Shown here: one piece after another, positions 26,401-39,400 of the stretch
Position numbering within the stretch: position 1 is the first letter of the stretch
Layout of the letters: each line of letters starts with the position of its first letter
Made by a program: the position numbers and the translations under genes
Origin: Phoronis australis
Taxonomy: Eukaryota > Animalia > Phoronida
Assembly (NCBI GenBank): GCA_002633005.1
Contig: NMRA01000044.1
Span: 1,069,731-1,133,730 of the forward strand
DNA: 64,000 nucleotides
Direction of reading: 5' to 3'
The notes under the pieces: model-generated
Database searches by the model: none
What the model was told of the DNA's origin: nothing
Seen by the model: only the letters and a program-made list of their open reading frames with translations

Positions 26401-29400
26401 AAGGACACTCATGGTCCTGCTGTTCTTGTTGGTAATAGAAAAAGAATCCTAAAACAGCAAGGAATATGAGACCGATTCTATGAGAGCCCAGGGTTAGCCA
26501 TTGTTATTAACCAGCGAAGCGCCGAAATACAGCTTGACTGTACAAATAAAAACAACAGAAGCGACTATGACATATATTTCCTTGTGTAGAAAATGAACGT
26601 AACCCTTACTTTTTCTAGATCTCGCGTATAAATTACCAGGACATCGACGTACAGTCTGTAGATTATGAACGGTTTCCCAGTCTTCGATTTGTTGAGTACC
26701 ATGTAGTGACTGTGAGAGCTGGTAACTGTTTATATATACCCAAAGACTGGTAAGATATGTACATGTAGTTAGAATTGTCAATTTCATGATTCACAGTGGC
26801 ATTTTTCAAGTTTCACTGAAGTTACTACTGATTGTCCAAGCTCTCCCATATGTCTTCACCAGCTTCCCCTCTCAATGCCAATTCTCATTCACCTTCTCAG
26901 TCTTGGACTTGCAATTTACAACAGCCTACAAATTCAAAATCACATTCACGAAACATGGATGATAAAAATGCCAGTTTCTCCGCTTCACAGGTGAAAACCA
27001 TCAGTCCCTCGTCTGTGTTTGTTCAAATTATGTAAATCAATACTGATTCTGGTGGCCATTACTTGTGCCAAAGGTAGAGAAAAAAATCATAATTGCTTGG
27101 AGAATCTGATGCATGTACGTAGCATTACGATAACGTCTCACTAATTTCAAACAAAACTATTAGTCAGAATTGACCTTTTTTTCTTTTTTCAAGGGCTTCT
27201 ATTGTTTTGAATCAGTCCACAATTTTTCAAAATATTGTCCGGTGGTTACGGCTGGTAACTGTGGTGCAACTAAAATTTGAACAAGGAAAAGCAGTCATTT
27301 GGTGTTACATATCTTGCAAGATGAAAATGGTTGAGAATCAAAATAAAATTTCCCTCTGCTGTGATATTGCATCCAAAATTGGTGAAATTTTGCTGCATTG
27401 TGGTTTTTAAGTAGTCATGGCCATAACAAAACCACTGCTTAATGTTGGAACTCATAGGCGGATCCAGGGGGGATAAGGGGGACTGGACCCCTTTTCCCTT
27501 TGACTTTAGTGATATCAAATCTAGAATTTTCAGGTTGGTGACTAGCGCCCTCTTTTAAAAAAATCCTTGGTCCAAGCCCCCCCCCCCTTAAAAAATCCTG
27601 GATCCACCCCTGGAGTGGCTGTAACTGCTTATTGATTGTGGAAAAGTCTGGTCAGTTTAGGACGCAATGTGGTGGGCAAGTAAAATTCCATATTTTATTT
27701 TTCCTTTAGTGCTTAACTGTTGTTTGTTTAATTTTTTCAGTTTTTCAGCTTGTTTCTGTAATTTTTGGTTTTCATCTTTTTCTGGGGCGGGGAGAATGTC
27801 AAACATGGTTTAGGGATGTTTATAATCAATTATAAAATCAATTACATTTATTGTTTTTAATGACAGACTTGACGTCCAATGCTTAATTCAGGTTTCCTGT
27901 TTTGTGTGATTTTCTAAACCTCAAGAATGTATACTAGGAACTATTATTTATTATGCAACTTTCACTCTGTGTGTGTTCAGTCTTTCTTTGTAACCCATCC
28001 TCTCTTCCTCTCTTAACCACAATGTATATGTATTTGGGCATGAATCATTTCTTGGAACTTAACAGATGTATGTATCGTGTAGAACTCAGTTTGATTAAAT
28101 ATATCGAAGCATTAAGACGCTCTCTATCAGCTCTCTGCTCAGCACATCGAGCCACCTCATCTAGTTAACCCGCTAATACCCCACATTTTGGATCCCACAC
28201 TTTCACCAAAAAATTTGTTCACCTCTTCTACGTAGCTACTACCACTGAGTCAAATAACGTTTTGAGGAAATACATACATTTACAACAGTTGTAGAAGGTT
28301 TAGAAATATGTAAAACGAGCTATTTTGGTAATTTTCTGTTTGAAATTGGTGAGATTTCAGTCTAGTCTTCTATTGAAGAGTACAATGTCAACTGGCCATT
28401 CCAGGGAAAAATAGATGTAAGGGAGTTTCCTAACCAGTTCTCCTGCCAGACACATTGGTCTCTCTTTATATAACCACAAACCAATTTGTTGTGGTCTGAC
28501 CAAAGGATACTTATTCAGTTACATAACTGTGTCCTGGCCACAGCAAACAGAGATTGTGTATTCCCTGCTTATTAAGCTGTTATGATGGTAATTAAGAAAG
28601 GCAACAAGATGATCAATAGTCTGTACAGGAGATAGTTCACAGTATAACAGAACTCTGTAGTGTCCAATGCTAATCCTATTACTGGTACTTCGATATTGAT
28701 TTTAATACGAATATGAATAAATCAGTAACATTTTTCATGTTATGATTTTGTTCATTATCATAAATATGTTCATCATTATTTTTGAGATTGTAATGTTGGT
28801 AATTTTTTTGTCTATATCTGACATTTCTTTAGGTTTTATCAAGAAAACACCAAAGAACGCACAATAGCTTTTTCACTGGAATGGACAGATCTTTTCGGAA
28901 AGAATGGGAAAAATTGTTCCATGGATTGCAGTGCTCCTGTTGGCATCTTGTACAGTTACAACTTCAGTGATGTGATTATCCCAGACCACATAGACAATGT
29001 TCTTTTGTAAGTAATTCTGTTCTTCCCAATTCTTTAGTTGCTTTGCATGAAATCAAATGCTAGAATACATTATTCATAGTTCACGTTGTCACAAATATTG
29101 TTTTCGTCTGCTCTAAGGTTAACACCAATGTTCAGTGTAATGCTCATCCTCAAATGTTCACTACAAACGCCCGTGCGTAGCTTAACTCCGATCTACTGAT
29201 TTTTTTAGTTGCCCAGTCACTGGCCATTGATCCGGACGTCAGTACAGTTATCCAAAATCACTCGGCTTGTTTTATAACTGGTGAACAGTAAATTATGCGT
29301 AAACGAAATAGAAGGTCCTGAAATGTCGATTTTTGTCAAGAACGTTTGACAACATAAAATTTCACTACTGCACTGCATTTTGTGTCAAATACTGCTATTA

Positions 29401-32400
29401 ATTAAATGGTAAATAGTTAGATAATTTGTTTTAACCACAAGAACTGGCAGAATTACTAGTTCTCAACAGTGGTCAATATTTTAATGCAATTCAATGCCAA
29501 CAACTCATAACTATAAAACCCAGTACAAATGTGTCTCATATTAGAAATCTTTGGTAAAATAAATAATACAATAAAATTTTCATTTAGTACAATAATAGTA
29601 ACCAGCTGTCGTGTTTTGACGTTTGAAATCCAGGTTTGATGCAGTGCCACCATTTCTCTTAGTGTTTCCATGGTAACAGTTGTAGGATACAATAATGATG
29701 GCCAACTCTGTCATCTTTTGACGTTTGAAGGCCGGGTTTTATATAATGCCGTCATTTCTTTAAGTGTTACCGTGGTGACAGTTGTAGGATACACTAATAA
29801 TAGCCAACTCTTGTCATTTTTCACTTTTGAAAGCTGGATTTTATATAATGCCGTCATTTCTCTAAGTTTTACCATGGTTGTAGGATACAAGCAGTGCCTT
29901 GGCAACAATGAGGTGTTCTCATTTAATTTTGCTGCAAACTGTTACATAACTTTCAATTTTTCTCTGCATTGTGTTCTAAACTGATTAAACTTTATCCTAC
30001 AAATTATGAAAACATTTAATAATGGACTGATCAAGTTAAACAGTAGGTGGAACTTTGGCCTACTTTACTTGCAGTTACTGATCTAAAACATGTGAACTGA
30101 TAGGGTGAACTGAATGATACAGAAATGTCTGGAAGCAGTCAATTTAGAGGGGTATGTGCTGCTGAGATGAAGCTGGCTTGTTCATCATATTGTTATAAAT
30201 TTGGGATGTCGGTTGTGATTAAGTGGGAATAAAATGGAATTGGAGACCACTATTGTGCTTGACACTCTGACAGTATGTTTCACAGCATGGATACTGACTG
30301 AGGGGAGTTTAAAATGTTTGCAAAAGGCAGGGACCCCAGCTAACAAACTGAAATTTCGTTTTTCAGAGACTTTCTCTAAATGACATTTAAATAAGGCATG
30401 CATTAAGCCCTCTTTCTGACTAATAGATATGTACATGTCTTGCATCTTTTCATTTTTGTCAAAGTGTAATTCATCGCCCCAGATTCGAAAGTCCACGCCA
30501 CGCCGCATTATACGAATTACCGTACACACTTGTTATGATGTCATATGGTAGCAACAAACATAACGGACTGAAATGTGTATTCCTCAATGAAAAAGTAAAG
30601 CCTTAATGTAATTTTCATCAAACCCATTACAATCGTGAGGCAACTGACACGCTAACATTTGACTTTTTGTCACCCCAACACTATAAGCGCACCTATAAGC
30701 CAGACTGTGACTAACCTGTCTTTTCATAAAAGTTAATTAATGCTGCGGAAGAAAACATATTCGCTATAATTTCTGTCTCTCACCGAAGACGGCTTTAATA
30801 TTTTCTTTCAATTTTGAAAACGGCCATTTTGTTTGTTTGCCTGATTTGTTCGTCTTTTACTGTGAAACTAGTACGCTAAACAGAGGTGTTGGTTATGACT
30901 GCAATTATCTCATCAAATACACATTTGGCCAAGCCCACGAATAGCGATAAGCTCACTTCATTGTGTGATGGCGCTGTGAAGTCTGATGTGCCGAGAAATT
31001 AGCTGGAGACTGTGGGGTGAGGGATCCATGCATTCTTGCCCCAGTGTGTGCAATTAGAGTTAGCCTATGAGTTGCCTACAGATGGCTGCATACTTAGAGA
31101 TTTTTATTTAGTTATAAAATTTCGACCATTGTCATTGTCGGTTACGGAACTGTAACAGTAAGCAATATATTAATGCTTTCATTTAACTGGCTCGTTATGG
31201 GTGCTTGACCATGATTTGTTAACGATTTAATCTCAACTAGCTTAATTCTCAGACCCTGTTCAGAAGAAATCGTTGAAGTCCATTTGTTGTCATGCCAACA
31301 TTTTTTCATTAATACAGGTAAAAGCAATATTTTATTGAACCAAGTTGTTACAGGCACTACTTTGCAAATTACATCTCTGATGGCCGTAAGCTGGATTTTG
31401 CTGCTTTTAAAAAGGAACTGAAGAAGTTAAGTTGAATTTATTAGTTATATGACTTTAGAACATCATGTGATTTAGTTGATATTGGTGATACTGTTGGCCA
31501 CAAGAGGGCAGGTTAGGCCATGGTTGGTCAGAGAAGTACATTCTTCATGACATCATCGCTTCCTCATCGTTCTATACCAAATAAGAAATAAAAAGATTAA
31601 TTGAAATTGATAGAAGCCTTCCTAAAAACGAGCTTCTTAAAGCCATTGGAAATTTGCTGTTATTGAGTTTTAAATATTATTGTCAGCATTGCTTTATTCC
31701 TCATGCTGAGCAGTTTACATTATGTGCGTGCAAGAAGATTTTAAAAGTGTGTGGATGTATTGTTGAAACATAATCATCGTCATAAATTGTTTATACACAA
31801 AGATTTTTTATAAAACCAGTTTTTCCTTATCAATATTGTTGTATCATACTTTACAGGACCCAACGCTGTTGGACAATATGACAAAATGGACGAAAGAATA
31901 CACTGAAATCACTAAAGAGGTAATGAGACTGTTGAGGTACATCTTTGCTTAGTTCACCAAAAAACTTTGTCAAAATCGTCATATTTTCATTTTTCAAAGC
32001 CAGATTACTTTGCTGCAAATTATATAAAACCTTTAGTTACCAAATGATTTGTTTTTTACTTATTTTGTGCAAAAATTGTCATTTTCCGTGCTACAAATAT
32101 TGGAAAAAAATTACTGAATGTTGTTTTATGACATTTACACTGTACAAAATATGCTAGTGACGTATTAAAAATTTCTTAATCTTTATTTTTGTGGAGAAAT
32201 TTGACAAAATTAAATTTCACTTGTCAGCCATATTGTGTTCTGAATAAATGAAGAATTACATAAGCATTCAAGATGACTATAATTAAATGAGAATGCTTTG
32301 TGCTAAACTTCAATAATACAGTGTGCATTCTTGCTTTTGGTATACCCTAAACATTCGCACCATCTAAAGTAATGTGCGTTTTGTCTTTATTGAACAGCTG

Positions 32401-35400
32401 TTTGAGGTTCTGGATGTCAACAAGGACAAAGAGTTCAGTGACAATGATTTGGAAGTTTTGACGCCTCAGGTTTGAGTCATTGTGACATAATTTTATCACC
32501 ATCTTGTAATGTAAGAAATATGTTTTGGTGCATTGGTTAAGAATTTTGATTTGGTTAATTATATCATGGATTATGTATTTAAAAATTCTAGTTCATTTCA
32601 CTGGTGACCTTAAATGTGGTCAATGACCGAGTAACAGCATAATATGATGATATTGTGTCTCTTATTTCAATTTGTTTTGTGGTCATAGCAAGTCAGGTCT
32701 GGTGGAAAGTTCCTGAATAGAATTGCACAACCAAGAATTCCTTGGAATGTGTTGTGTTGTACACAAACCTTGGTATAATTTTTATACATGCTGGTTGACG
32801 ATACAAATTCAGTGGCATCCATGATTTTGCCAAAAGAAATTTCCTTTTGCTGTGGCACTATCAAATCCTGAAGGCGTTTTTTACCGGTGTTCCCCTGAAC
32901 CACCATAGGCTTGCCAATGATATCTTGGTTTAACTTTGTGTGCAAGATTCTAAATCTGAACAGCCGAGGTCAATCTGTGGTCGATTTCAGCTGCTTAAGG
33001 AACTGAAGGGCCTGTTGGAAGACCGAGTGGAAGACTATGAGGACATCATGATTGACCAACAGGAAGAGAAACAGCTGGTAGGAATGTCTTATTTATAAGT
33101 AGCTGAATGTTAAGAATCATTCTGGGCTTGGCTATTCAAAACCCATAATGGGTAACAAAGTGATTATCTTCCCTGTCAGGACCATGAACCTTTTGTTAGG
33201 CTGTGTTAACTTACACAGGGCAACTGGGGGAGTAGTATTTTAAGAGCAGGGTTCACAAAGAACTGCGTCCACTGATCTTGCATGTCAGTTTCAAAAGGCC
33301 TAGTGCGCGTAAAGGATCCCCAATGTTTTAAAAGTGTCTGAAAAATTCTAATCCACTTTGCAGACTAGTTTCCCCCTCCAAGATCAAAATGATTTCTGAT
33401 TATGGTGAAGTAAAATTTCACCATTTCGGGACAAAGGTAATTTGCCAAAAAAAGGACTTTTGATTTTCAAAGATGAAAACTCAGACACCTCAGTTTACAA
33501 AGAGAAGGGTCAAGATTCGTGCACAAAAGAAATATGGGTACAGTTATAGCTCTGTAACTGAGTTTGTGTAATCTGACTGGTATAAATCTGTAGTGAACTG
33601 ATTCATTTGAGCAAACACCAATTACATACTATCCTGAGCACAGCCTAGCAATAGTTAATGGCATTCTTATGCTGGGCATGTAATGACTCAAGGATAATGC
33701 AGAGCTGCAGGAATCTTGCATTGAAATTTACCCACAGTGTGCAGAATGTTACAAGGAAGTGTAATGCCTGCAATTTCTCAAAACACTGTTTGAAGAAAGC
33801 TGCAGTAAAAAACTTAAAATGATAAAGCATTCGACGTGATAGTTATCTCTTGAAAAAATTTTTTAAAAATTTCAAATTCTAGCATGACTGGTGTTTTTTT
33901 CATCTACAGCATTAGTTGATGTTGAGTAGGGCATGTTTTTGTTTGATGAATGCTTAATTAGCATTTAGTTATTTTGTTATTTGTTGAATATTTTGCAACT
34001 GTAAGTTAAGGTGTTGGTGGCAGAACGAAAATATAAGATACCCACTCTCGTGAATCTTTAGAGTTTGTTTTGTTGCCATGATTTTAATGTACTGTTTTGA
34101 TTTTTAAAATTTTCATGTCAGTTTTTGCATTATCATTATACCTGTAATGATTATTAGGTTCATGTAGCAATAAGGTAAAATAGGAAATTGCCAATTTTAA
34201 ACAAGAATAAAACTAATTTGCAGCTGATAAAATAGCTGTTGAACCATTCGGTGAACTTTTCTTCAGCGCAATAGAATTGTGTACTTTTAAAGTAAACTCA
34301 ACTTGTTAATTTAAAAGCTCTCATCCTGCCCATGTGACATTTAGAACTTAAAGTGCTTGCAAACCTGACTCATAACAAAACTTATTTTTTTATTTTTGAC
34401 CACGTACCAGAATTATGAAATTCGTTTCAAATTGTTTCTTAATCAAATTAGAGGTGAGAGAGTTTCCTTATTGCTTTAGACTGTGCTGTGCAAGTTGGCG
34501 TGATAGCCGCTTTTGTTTTATGCTCTGGGCATTGTGTCAAGAGATAACGAACCGTCAATAATTAGCAAGCCCTCCTCGGACAGTGGGAACTATCAAGTTG
34601 AGAACAATTTTACTTAGCAGTAAAGTGGTCTAATTTAAAAGTTGCTCTTTGTTGGAACACATGTTCATATCTGCATTGAGGTTCTAAAATGGTACTGTCT
34701 GTGACTTAAAAGTTATATAATAACGGTGTACAATAATAAACTTTCAACAGGAGGCAGAAAAGGAAGCTAAAAGGAAAATGGTGGCTGACCGCTACATTAA
34801 GAGCTTGGAAAATGTGGTCAAGGAAACCATTGATGAAGTAAAGAAGGATCCCGAGGGCATAAAAGAAGAAAGTAAGTATAAAAAGGTTTGGATGTGAATG
34901 ATCAGGATATGTTGGACTTAACACCAGCTCCATCTAGTGTATGGACACGCAACCAGTTTATTTCCGATTCGGAAAATTAAGTTAAAGCCAACCAATTTCA
35001 GCTTGTCGCGCTTTGAGGCTTGAGCAGTTTTAAAGACATTTGCTTCTAGTCCAGAAAATTTGGAATAATCTGAGTTAGAGATCTAAGTATAATCAACATG
35101 AATTTTGTAGCAGTAAGAGGCTGATTAAAAAGTTGTTGTTTTTGACATCAAAATCTCTGAACTAGGTCAGTGGGTCGATCTTCTCTACTTCTTTATCTGA
35201 ACTAACCCATTATCATCATATTTTTGGTGACGGTAAAATCTCATCAATTTCAGACAAAAATAATTGCTGGGTTGCAAAAAGTTTCATTGTTGCATGATGT
35301 GTCAATTTCATTGGGTTGAACAATTACAACATGACGCACAGATAATGCGATGTCATTGTTGCTACGCAGCGTATAAATTTATGTAAACGGGCCTTTATTT

Positions 35401-36457
35401 TTAAAGAGCACCGCTATTTCTCAGAATTATTGACATATGATTGCTTGTATGTCGTAGACATTTAAAAATGGCGCAACATTGATAATGGTCATTTATTGAA
35501 AAAAAGTGAAATTTCACTTGCCGGCCATATCGTGTCCTAGATTTATGTTTGATAGTTTTGGTGTCTTACTGCTTGGGATGTCTAATTCAAGACGTACAGT
35601 TTATCTTAAGACGTTGAAATTAGTTTCGAAAATATGTACTTTTCAATTCACAGGACTTCCACGGCAAATCCCATTTATCGTAATCTATGTTGCAGAGTAA
35701 AACAAGAGGAGGATTGGGAATATTGTCATTTATTATGACGTAAATAGATAAAACTAACTAAGACTCTGTAAGATGGGCATGGACAAAACGCAAAACAAAG
35801 CACTGCCTGAAGGGCTTAAAGGAAAAATACAGAACATGAACACAAAACTTGAAAAAACCTAACAGGAAATGTATATGAGCAAAGAGAAAGTGGAACCGAC
35901 ACCCGGGATGGGGGGTGGGGAAAAAATGAAGAGAACGAACGTAGGTCTTGTAGACGACGAGGTAGGTGGCTGAATGAGAGACCACGTTGAACTGAACAAA
36001 GGAAATATGGGCGACCAATCAGGAGTCGCGTAGAGAAACGTATGAATACAAAAGTAGGCCCTTGAGGCTATAAATAGAGATGAGTAATGCAAAATAAACC
36101 CTAATGACGATAAATGCATTTAACAAGTTAAATTTAATATCTTGTCTCAAAATTTTAACTCTTCAGTCAACTGCAAAACTTTGAATTGTAGTGAGAAAGG
36201 CTCAAGAGAAAGCTGCCGCAAAACTCACATCTACACTCGAAGAAAAGTTCAAACAGGCCGGAGATAGCTATGACGCAGATCTTAAAGAGATGATGAAACA
36301 ATTTAAAGGGCTGGTGGAGAGTGCCGAAGAAGCAGACAAACTGATGAAGGATTTAGAGGGGCGAGTAAAGGAAGGGGAGGGCGACAGTAGCGCTAGTGAG
36401 AAAAGGCACACCAGAGCCTCTGACAAGGAAAGTCCTTTAAAAAAGGACGAACTGTAG
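22869..36457 (+). CDS. ER-lumenal JmjC (Cupin_8) + EF-hand-like + coiled-coil protein ending in KDEL, about 582 aa
   Basis: Exons 22869-23449, 24974-25037, 25346-25462, 26619-26749, 28833-29006, 31354-31426, 31857-31919, 32398-32469, 32991-33077, 34751-34871, 36192-36457 sum to 1749 nt in phase. Hydrophobic N-terminal signal peptide; Cupin_8-type DIDVQSVDYERFP...AGNCLYIPKDW; C-terminal KDEL. Confidence 0.8.
24974..25037 (+). CDS. JmjC-KDEL gene exon 2
   Basis: ttttcag / gtgagt; NEINLPPLLGCDCLKKSLSNH; phase 2-0. Confidence 0.75.
25346..25462 (+). CDS. JmjC-KDEL gene exon 3 (degenerate HxD region)
   Basis: tatttcag / gttagt; RLLFSLSELHGSFKRNEGHALTCVATGSLDLVFTPPTEL. Confidence 0.75.
25533..25684. 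mobile_element. MITE with about 26-bp TIRs
   Basis: ggtaaagttcagtaaagctaggacct ... aggtcctagcgttactaaaactctacc. Confidence 0.6.
25784..25825. repeat. Perfect 16-bp GC-rich hairpin
   Basis: agaccgtcccgagttg + 10-nt loop + caactcgggacggtct. Confidence 0.85.
26619..26749 (+). CDS. JmjC-KDEL gene exon 4
   Basis: ttttctag / gtaaga; ISRINYQDIDVQSVDYERFPSLRFVEYHVVTVRAGNCLYIPKDW. Confidence 0.88.
27453..27612. mobile_element. MITE with GGCGGATCCAGG-type TIRs
   Basis: caTaggcggatccagg ... cctggatccacccctg, with internal G/C runs. Confidence 0.65.
28833..29006 (+). CDS. JmjC-KDEL gene exon 5
   Basis: ttctttag / gtaagt; FYQENTKERTIAFSLEW... Confidence 0.82.
29588..29890. repeat. Intronic tandem repeat, about 100 bp x3
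   Basis: gtaggatac recurs at 29682, 29784 and 29880 with a similar intervening unit. Confidence 0.85.
31354..31426 (+). CDS. JmjC-KDEL gene exon 6 (non-canonical donor)
   Basis: gttacag acceptor; HYFANYISDGRKLDFAAFKKELKK; the in-frame join needs AAG|ttaagt. Confidence 0.6.
31857..31919 (+). CDS. JmjC-KDEL gene exon 7
   Basis: ctttacag / gtaatg; DPTLLDNMTKWTKEYTEITKE. Confidence 0.75.
32398..32469 (+). CDS. JmjC-KDEL gene exon 8 (EF-hand-like loop)
   Basis: LFEVLDVNKDKEFSDNDLEVLTPQ; D-x-N-x-D loop; gaacag / gtttga. Confidence 0.8.
32991..33077 (+). CDS. JmjC-KDEL gene exon 9
   Basis: tttcag / gtagga; LLKELKGLLEDRVEDYEDIMIDQQEEKQL. Confidence 0.8.
33248..33385. repeat. Dispersed repeat also at 60674-60810
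   Basis: Both start cagggttcacaaagaactg and align through ...ccccctccaag. Confidence 0.7.
34751..34871 (+). CDS. JmjC-KDEL gene exon 10
   Basis: ttcaacag / gtaagt; EAEKEAKRKMVADRYIKSLENVVKETIDEVKKDPEGIKEE. Confidence 0.82.
36192..36457 (+). CDS. JmjC-KDEL gene terminal exon
   Basis: ttgtag acceptor; charged coiled coil ending ...PLKKDEL then TAG. Confidence 0.85.
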
Positions 36458-39400
36458 TTTTTGCACCTTACATTTACTTATGAAGTCAGTGACATGAAAA
36501 TAATATAGTATGGCGTTTATTTAGTTATGTTGCACAAAAATAATTACAAAATTCTTATTTTTCATTTTTTGACAAAGATTACCTTCTTGCTACGAAAAGA
36601 AAATTTTCTTTGCCAGTTGTTTTGCAACAGCTCTAATACTAACAGTGCACTTGGATGAAGATTTTAAATACACAGCTGTTGGGAACTTTCACAAATTAAT
36701 GAAATATTTGATGCCAAATAAGCATATTTACTATACCCAGTAGATACGGTTTCCAGTGATGTCATACCTCTTCATTATTTTAGTTGTGGTGTTGGACTGA
36801 ATTATTTCATTAGGACAAAGGGCTTCTTACTGTCTCATGTTTTTGAGTTAATTACTTTGAGATCCTTATCCATGAAAGATTGTTTATTGTTCTCTTTTTT
36901 AAGTATTGGTGTTGGATTGCTTGGGTATTTGGTATAAAGACAGCTGGAAGGCAAGATCTGATGTTTGGTTTTGTTCACCTTATTCAACATACAGTGAACA
37001 CGTGATATTGAACTATTTGAGACCGATTTTGATTCATTCTTAAATAAATAAGTATATGGTAAATCTCTTATTTCGCACACAAATAATGGCTAAAGTGGCC
37101 ATTTTTCAATTTTCATTTGGCCTTTTTGAAAAAATGGAAATTTTGGTAAATGTTGTTTTATTAAATCTACACATTACAATCCATGCTTGTAAAATACTAA
37201 AATGTTCTTAATCTTTACTTCTGTAGAGAAATCTAATAAAATAGAATTTCACTTTTCCGCCATGCTGCGTGCTAAATAAGAGATCATTACAGTATAAATC
37301 TTTTCTGTAATTTGAATTTTTCTTTTTCATAGGGAAATATGTAAAGTCGTGAAAATATTGCTTTTATTAACATTGCACAACGTTTCACAAGACAGTAATA
37401 GTTACCTTACCATGAATACCATAAATACCAGTATAAAGTGGCCACATGTACATTATACTAAACTAGTGCCAACATCCGTTAGTATGCTGTATCAAGACTT
37501 AGCTTTCCATATAAAATGCTGCTAAGACCTAGAAAAAATGTCTTGGCAATCCACAACACCAGTAAACGGGTGTATGCCTAAATGGCTATTTATAAACAAA
37601 ATCCTCCAATTTCAAATTCTGTGCTTTAGTGAAAAGAAAATGTTTTCCTCATCTTCAACTTTTAAATGTACAGTGAAACATTACCTCATTAACTGCGTCA
37701 CATCTCTCCTAATTCACCTATCGCATGATTTTGAGTGACAACTTAACTGACCAATCACAACGTAGCATTTTTGACACACCTTCGTTTCCAAGCCGCCATT
37801 TTACCCGACAAACAACACATCAGGTAAAACTTATTGTTTGTTTGTCGACTCTTCGCAAGGGGGCGGACCTTGCGATAGGTCAATTACTAACCACGAGATA
37901 AATTCACTTCATCAAAAATCTAGATAAAATGCTAATAACATCTTTAAGGCAGTGAGCTTGATTTATTTACAATAATCAAGCGCCAAAAATGTTGATAACT
38001 GTCAAAAACAGTGTCTGACGTTCACAGTAGCAAAAATTCATTGTAAAGGTCATTACAAAAAGGTCAAATACCAAAATTAGTTGAATTGTGTAACAATCCT
38101 CACCATTTTGGGAGGGAATAACTAGTCCACGTAGCAGCTAAGAATTTTACGGATGGTTGTAAATCATCGGTGTCAATCACCCACAGTAGGCTTTTTGAAA
38201 TTTACATGCATGGTCGGCGAACGTAATTCTTTGTCAACCCTGTTTTTAGTCACACAACATTCCCATTTGACCTCTGTAAGTGAACTCAGCTTAACAATGG
38301 GTTTTGGTCCTGACCGAGAAGATAATTTTTACTACCCCCTATTAGTTCTGAATACCCCAGCCTCAAATGGCCTGGATATTTCTAAAAAGTTCATTATAAC
38401 CGAAATTCACTGTAATCACCTCAATTTGTATGAGGTAAAATTGGCTTGAGGCTTGTTGAATGGAACGATATACCGGTAAGCAAAAAACATGGACAAGGTT
38501 TGTTGTAAAATGGTCTGACTGTTCACAAAGAGTTTCATCAAAAAATATCCAGCACTAAATTTGAAATGTTAGAATCACTTAACAGAACATACTCCCGTTT
38601 CAGCAGGGCCACTTCAATCATTTTTAAGCAAACCCCGATATATTACACAGTGATGCGTACTCCAAAATGAACTATTTATTTGCAACATAAACCCATCAAA
38701 TTTATTAGTTATCTCATTTTGCAATGACCCTTCATATGAATCTAGATAATGCTGTTTATCAGGTAAATTGTTTCAAAATAAAGTCTGTTGGCAAGACAAT
38801 GCCCTTCAACCACATATATATCTAGAAAAATTAGACATTATGGTAGATTGCTTTGGGTAGATTTGACAAAAACACACTTTTATGGATGTACAGCACAAAC
38901 ACATTTTTATGTTTTCATAACACGCAATAATACTGACTAACAGAATATTTACACCAATTTTGCTTTTAATCTAGCCAAAAAGGCAGAGCAAAATGACTAA
39001 AACTACAAATTACACCACATGTTCAATTTACTATTAACATACTTTGAACATAAATTGTCCACTCTCACAACTGGAGATACAGCGAGCTTCAAAATACCAT
39101 ACTCGTATTTTTTACAATTTTCAGAGATTGCGCCAACATTTAAAATCACAGTTTACTAGCAAACAACTGGTCAGCTGATACCTTAAATCCGTTCTTCAAC
39201 TGCCATCTTGAATATAACCCGACATGTATTACTGTAAAAATTGTTTACAAAACGAATCTAGACACAATTATGGACTTCTTCAATCCTGGCTCGTTATTAA
39301 CTTCTCCAACGTCTGCCACAACACAGTTCTAAATACACCACATTTCCTCCCCCTGCATTGGCACAATTGACCTTTTTACGGATAGCAAAAATCAATACGT

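Noticed and set aside
29456-29984. ORFs on both strands over the 100-bp tandem repeat
   Set aside because: Repeat-derived, with no splice signals fitting the host gene phase.
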